A stretch of DNA of 64,000 nucleotides from Eledone cirrhosa (Eukaryota), in contig OZ024748.1 in assembly GCA_964016885.1 (NCBI GenBank), forward strand, positions 12,090,001-12,154,000, read 5' to 3'. The notes under the pieces are model-generated. The model had not been told where the DNA came from, searched no databases, and saw only the letters and a program-made list of their open reading frames with translations. Both the position numbers and the translations under genes were made by a program. Numbering within the stretch: the first letter of the stretch is position 1; every line of letters begins with the position of its first letter. Positions 57,359 to 64,000 of the stretch are shown one piece after another.

Positions 57359-58102
57359 GTATGTGTGTGTGAGTGTGGGTGCATGGGTGTGTGTGTGTCG
57401 TGTGCGTGTGTGCAAGAGTGTATTCAAGTGAGCGAGTATGTGTGCAGCTATGCGAATGCATCTATATATATATATATATATATACATGTGTATGTATACA
57501 ATGTGCGTTTGTATATGTGTGTCTGTATACGTATGTGTTCGTGTGTGTGTCTGTGAGTGTATGTATATGTGAGTGTATGTATATGTGTGTGTGTGTCTGT
57601 ATACGTGAGTGTGTGTGTGTGTGAGTGTGTATGTGCATGTGTGTGTGAGTCAGTGTATGTATATGTGTACGTGTATGTGTGAGTGTATGTATATCTGTGT
57701 GAGTGTGTGTATGTATATATTTGTGTGTGTGTGTGTCAGTGTATGTATATGTGTGTGTGTGTATGTGTGTGTGTGTGCGTGTGTGTCAGTGTATGTATAT
57801 GTGTGTGAGTGTGTGTATGTATATGTGTGTGTGTGTGTATATATATGTGTGTGTGTATAGATATATGTGTGAGTGTGTGTATATGTGTGTGTGTGTATGT
57901 GTGTGTGTGTGTGTGTGTAAGAGTGTGTGTATATGTGTGTGTGTGTATGTGTGTGTGTGTGTGTGTGTGTCAGTGTATGTATATGTGTGTGAGTGTGTGT
58001 ATGTATATGTGTGTGTGTGTGTGTATATATATGTGTGTGTGTGAATATATATATGTGTGTGTATAGATATATGTATGTGTGAGTGTGTGTATATGTGTGT
58101 GT

Positions 58103-58143
<41 letters not shown>

Positions 58144-58549
58144 TGTGTGATCTCCGACCTCCAACTCCGCCCCCCTCTCTCTTATCAATGTCTGTTCAGC
58201 AATGATAAAGATTTATCACGCCCCTTAAATATTTAAAATATGACGAGGCTTGGACGGAGAGAGGGTGGAGAGGGGTGGGTGGGAGGGTTGTAGTGGAGGG
58301 GGGGGTGTGCTGATGATCGTGATCGTCGCCATCATCATCATCATCATCGTCGTCGTCATCATGGTTATTATCAAATTAAACATCATTATTGTCATCAATC
58401 ATCATCATCATTATCATCGCCATCATGATTGCCATCATCATCGCCATCACCATCATCGTCGTCATCATCAAGGTCATCATCATCATCATCATCGTCGTCG
58501 TCGCCTTCATCAAGGTCACCATCGTCATCACCATCATCATTACCATTGC

Positions 58550-58586
<37 letters not shown>

Positions 58587-58778
58587 GCCATGAAGGGGGG
58601 AAGGCGGTGCCGGTGGCGATAAAGAAAATAAGATTAAATGAACCAAGGATGATTGAGGAAGATGAGTGGGAGTGGGAGGGTTGGGAGGGGGAGGGGGTGG
58701 AAGGAGGGGAGGAAGGAGAAGGGGGAGGAGGAAGAGGAGGAGAAGGTGATGGAAGAAAAATGGAAGAAAAGATGAGGG

Positions 58779-58809
<31 letters not shown>

Positions 58810-59051
58810 CTACATCAGTAATAACAGCACCGACAACAACAACAACATCATCAGCAACGATAGCAACAACAACAACAATAGCAACAACAATATCAACAAT
58901 AAAAACAACTGTAGCAACAACAACAATAAAAATAATCACATTAACAACAACATCAACTCTAGCTACAATAAAGACAACAACAACAACAACAACAACTCTA
59001 GCTACAATGAAGACAACAACAACAACAACAACAACTCTAGCTACAATGAAG

Positions 59052-59102
<51 letters not shown>

Positions 59103-60029
59103 GTAATATTCTGTTTGAAGAAAATGTCCGACAAATGTTTGTGTGTGATAAAAAAAAATGAATTTCTTGTTGTTGTTGTTGTTGCCTTATTTTCTGTCTG
59201 ATTTTTACACCAACAACATCACCACCACCACCACGAGCACTACAAACACCACCACCACCAACATAGCCGCCACCACAACTACTACCACCACCACCACCAC
59301 CACCACCTCCACCACCTCCACCACCACCATCAACATAGCCGCCGCCACCGCCACCACCTCCACCACCACCATCAACATAGCCGCCACCACTACCACCACC
59401 ACCACCATGAACACCATCACCACCACCATTAACACAGTCGCCACCACCACCACCACCACTACCACCACCACCACCACCATCAACCGCAACAAGAACAACA
59501 ACACTGACTTTATCAACACCACCACCACTAACACTATCAACTCCCCCCATCCATCTCTCCTACTCGCACCACTATCAACACCAACACCAACACCAGCACC
59601 ACTACCACCACCATCATCATGACCATAACAATCACAACCTCCTCTTCCTCCTCTTTCCCCCTACTCCAACTTCTCCACCACCCTGGTCCAATATACAATA
59701 AATATATCTCCTCACAGTGGTGGGAAACACTTCAAACTGTCAGAAGACGGTTTAAAGAACAAACAACTCTTTAAGTGGTTTTGTTTTAACTAATACTGGC
59801 AGTAATCGGTAGAGCGTCGGACAACATGCTTTGTGGCATAGAGTTATGGTCCTTTACGTTCTGAGTTCAATTCCTGCCGAATTTAGCTTTGCTTTTCATC
59901 CTATCGTTTGTGGACATGTGGTTAGAATGTCTCAGGAAAGAATCACTGGACAGATTTTACTGGGAAAAACCAACTGCTAGAGACGCAGGGTTAGACCCCG
60001 AGCAAGAAGAAGAAGAAGAAGCAGAAGAC

Positions 60030-60780
60030 ATAAACCTATGTCTAGTTTATGTACCAAACCCATGTCTGTTTTATGTACCAAACCTGTGTCAATTTTATGT
60101 ACCAAACCTGTGTCTAGTTTATGTACCAAACCCATGTCTGTTTTATGTACCAAACCTGTGTCAATTATCTGTATCAAACCTATGTCTAGTTTATGTACCA
60201 AACCCATGTCTGTTTTATGTACCAAACCCATGTCTGTTTTATGTACCAAACCCATGTCTGTTTTATGTACCAAACCTATGTCTATTTTATGTACCAAACC
60301 TGTGTCAATTATCTGTATCAAACCTATGTCTAGCTTATGTACCAAACCTATGTATGTTTTATGTACCAAACCTATGTATGTTTTATGTACCAAACTTATG
60401 TCTGTTTTATGTACAGAACCTATGTCTGTTTTATGTATCAAACCTGTGTCTATTTTATGTACCAAACCTATATATATTTTACGTACCAAACCTATATATA
60501 TTTTACGTACCAAACCTATATATATTTTACGTACCAAACCTATGTCTATTTTATGTATCAAACCTATGTGTATTTTACCTACCAAACCGATGTCTGTTTT
60601 ATGTATCAAACCTATGTCTGTTTTATGTATCAAACCTATGTATATATTTACGTACCAAATCTGGTCTATTTTACGTACCAAATATGTGTATATTTTACGT
60701 ACCAAACCTATGTATGTTTTACGTATCAAACCTGTCTGTTTTATCCATTGGTATGTCTATTTTATGTACAATCACCATGA
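60030..60780. repeat. 24-bp minisatellite (aaacctatgtctgttttatgtacc)
   Basis: About 30 tandem units, giving 8-aa periodic ORFs in several frames. Confidence 0.92.
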
Positions 60781-61785
60781 CTGTTTTATCTGCCATATAT
60801 ATGCCGGCTTATTTTTATTTTTATTTTCTTTCACTAGTGCCTTTGTTTTAGATTATCGTTAGTTGGAAATCTAAGCCAGTTTTTGAGGAGGATTTTACTG
60901 CTGTGGTGATGATCAGTTAACGACTTAAACTACGATCAAAGCCAATCAAGGTGTGTTGAAGATGTTTTCGTGGTTTTGGTGGAAAGGTTGATGGTAACAT
61001 TAATACATTAATACCTATCATCTGTAAATGTTATCTGACACTTCATAAGGCTTTTACCTGTCTGGCAGGCAGTCTGTCTGTCTGTCAGTCTGTTAGTCTG
61101 TCAGTCTGTCTGTCTCTCAGTGTGTCTCTTCTCTCTCTCTCTCTCCTAATCGCTCTCTTCATCTAACTCATCGCTCGCCAATGCGCCCTCCTACTCTTTC
61201 TCACTATCCCCATCTTCCTCTCCTTCCCGCTCATTCTATCTCTCTCACGGACTCCCCCTACCCTCACTCCTCTTTCTCTCTCTCTCTCTCTCTCTCTCTT
61301 TCAAGCACACTATCCCTCTCTATCGCTTTCTCTTACTCTCTTTCTTTTACACCCTTCACCTCTCTCTCCTCCTCTCCTTTTACCCGTCTATCTACATCAC
61401 CCTCTCTCTCTCTCTCCCTTTCTCTCTCTTTCTCTCTCTTTCTCCCATCTCTCTCCATCTCTCTCTCCTTCTCCCCTCCCTATCTCTCCCCCACCCTCCC
61501 TATCCATCTCCCCCATTCTCTCTTGCTCCCTCACCCAACCCCCCCTCTCTCTCCCACCCTACCGTGGAATGTCTCTAGTCCTCTAAGATGTCAGATTTAT
61601 TGTTACTCTACAGTATATGATATTCTAGAGAGGTGTCTTCAGTGTTGAGATCCTCTACACTATACACTTCTGTTATTACATTACACTTCACAACAACAAC
61701 AACAACAACAACAACAACACCACCATATGATGTTTTGGTGTGTTTACAGAGAAATGTGTTAATGGCATTACACACACACACACAC

Positions 61786-61843
<58 letters not shown>

Positions 61844-61970
61844 GCACACAGAGAAGGTTGCTTTGAGTTTGTTTTGTTTTTGTTGTTGTTGTTAATGATT
61901 TGTTTTTTTAAACTGTTATCATTAAATAGATTGGCAGAATCGTTAGAGTGTCGGAGAAAATGTCTTTGTG

Positions 61971-62272
<302 letters not shown>

Positions 62273-62535
62273 ATATATACATATACATATATACATATAC
62301 ATATACATGGCAGCGATAATGAGGGACAGAGACCGCTGGAGAGAACTCGTCCATGGATCTCGGGAATTTTACCCGCCTTAGAACATATACATATATATAT
62401 AAAGAGAGAGAGAGAGGGGGAAAGAAATCGTTACGTTTCATGTTCAAATCCCGTTAAGGTCAACTTTGCGCTTCATCCTTCCAGCCCTTGCTTCATCCAA
62501 ACTAGATATCTGTCTCAGCTTTGGATCTGAGACAG

Positions 62536-62536
<1 letters not shown>

Positions 62537-62627
<91 letters not shown>

Positions 62628-64000
62628 CATCATCGTTTAACGTCTATCTTCCACGCTAGCATGGGTTTAGATGCAAAACCACCACAACCACCACAACCAC
62701 CACAACCACCACGACGACCACCTCCGCCACCCTGTCGTCCACCACCACCACCACCACCACCACCACCACCTCCATCATCCCCACCACCTCCCCCCATAAA
62801 CACCACCGTCCACCACCATCTCATTACCCCCCCTCCCCCATCTCTTCCTCTGCCCAACACCAACACCCCACCCCATCCATCACCATCTCCACCCCCATCC
62901 ATCGCCGCCTCCTCCACCCCATCATCTCCCATCCCCCCCATCCACCCCATCCACCCCATCCACCCCATCCATCACCATCTCCACTCCACCCATCCCTGCC
63001 TCCTCCACCACAGCATCCCCCCACCCCACGCATCGCCGCCTCCTCCACCACATCATCTCCCACCAACCCCCCACCCCCATCCACCCCGTCCATCACCATC
63101 TCCACTCCACCCATCCCCGCCTCCTCCACCACAGCATCCCCCACCAACCCCACCTCACCCATCACCACCTCCTCCACCCCCACCCTCACCCCACCCCACC
63201 TCACCCCAACAGTCCACCCCCTCTCTCCAATAGTTATTTGTTGTCTTACAATAGAGAGGAGTCACTTTGTTACAAGACAACAATGATGTTCTCTACCGTA
63301 GGACAACGAGGAACATCTCTTACATATATTGTTGTGGTAGTGTTATAGTGTCAGACTTTGGTGGTGGAGTGGTGTTGGTAGTGTGGTGGTGGTGGAGAGG
63401 TGTTGGTAGTGTGGTGGTGGTGGAGTGGTGTTGGTAGTGTGGTGGTGGTGGATTGGTGGTGGTGTTATTGTGTCAGACTTTGGTGGTGTTGGTGGTGGAG
63501 TGGTGTTGGTAGTGTGGTGGTGGTAGAATGGTAGTGTTATTGCGTCAGACTTTGGTGGTGTTGGTGGTGGAGTGGTGTTGGTGGTGGTGTTGGTGGTGGT
63601 GTTGGTGGAGTAATGTTGGTGGTGTGGTGTTGGTGTTGGTGGTGTGGTGTTGGTGGTGTCGTGGTGTTGGTGGAGTGGTGTTGGTGGTGGTGGTGTTGGT
63701 GGAGTGGTGTTGGTGGTGTGGTGGTGTTGGTGGAGTGGTGTTGGTGGTGTTGGTGGTGTGGTGGAGTGGTGTTGGTGGTGTGGTGTTGGTGGAGTGGTGT
63801 TGGTGGAGTGGTGGTGGTGGTGGAGTGATAGTCTTATTGTGTCAGACTTTGGTGGTGTTGATGTTGTTGGTGTTGTTGCTGATGTGGTGTTGGTGGAGAG
63901 GTGTTGGTGTTGATGTTGGTGGAGTGGTGTTGGTGTTGTTGTTGGTTTTTGTGGTATTGGAGTGGCATTGGTGGTGTGTGTGTTGTTGCTAGTGTTGGAG
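62537..64000. repeat. (CAT)n, (CCA)n and (GGT/GTT)n low-complexity field
   Basis: Direct inspection. Confidence 0.9.

Noticed and set aside
59889-60862. 320-aa Cys/Tyr-rich ORF, or a CRISPR-like array
   Set aside because: Contiguous 24-bp tandem units without unique spacers, and ORFs occur in four frames.

Overview
Eukaryotic, extremely microsatellite-rich DNA. The SINE families and repeat landscape suggest an octopus or other cephalopod; this is an inference. Only one host protein-coding segment is supportable: the last exon of engrailed (5415-5731, +), containing EH3, the homeodomain and EH5. Its upstream exon is not visible in the window. Nearly all other ORFs in the track are microsatellite or minisatellite artefacts. 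The main hidden signal is that many of the complex islands between (TA)n runs are 3' ends of Penelope-like elements (PLEs). About 20 of them fold into type I hammerhead ribozymes (HHRs) from at least 8 sequence families. Several have palindromic helix III (dimer type), and several carry a compensatory U3-A8 core (UUGAUAA/UUGAAAA) that canonical CUGANGA searches would miss. One family forms a head-to-tail repeat with a 591-nt HHR-to-HHR period (retrozyme/circRNA-like) plus an inverted copy, inside the engrailed intron. Many insertions are fold-back hairpins that turn around at or next to the ribozyme. Also present: a Tx1/L1-like LINE bounded by (TATC)n, an RTE-like LINE end bounded by (CATA)n, two hAT MITEs with 8-bp TSDs, a deleted DD41D-like Tc1/mariner element, many tRNA-derived SINEs, several minisatellites and some candidate regulatory islands. 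All folds were derived by eye, and repeat boundaries are approximate.
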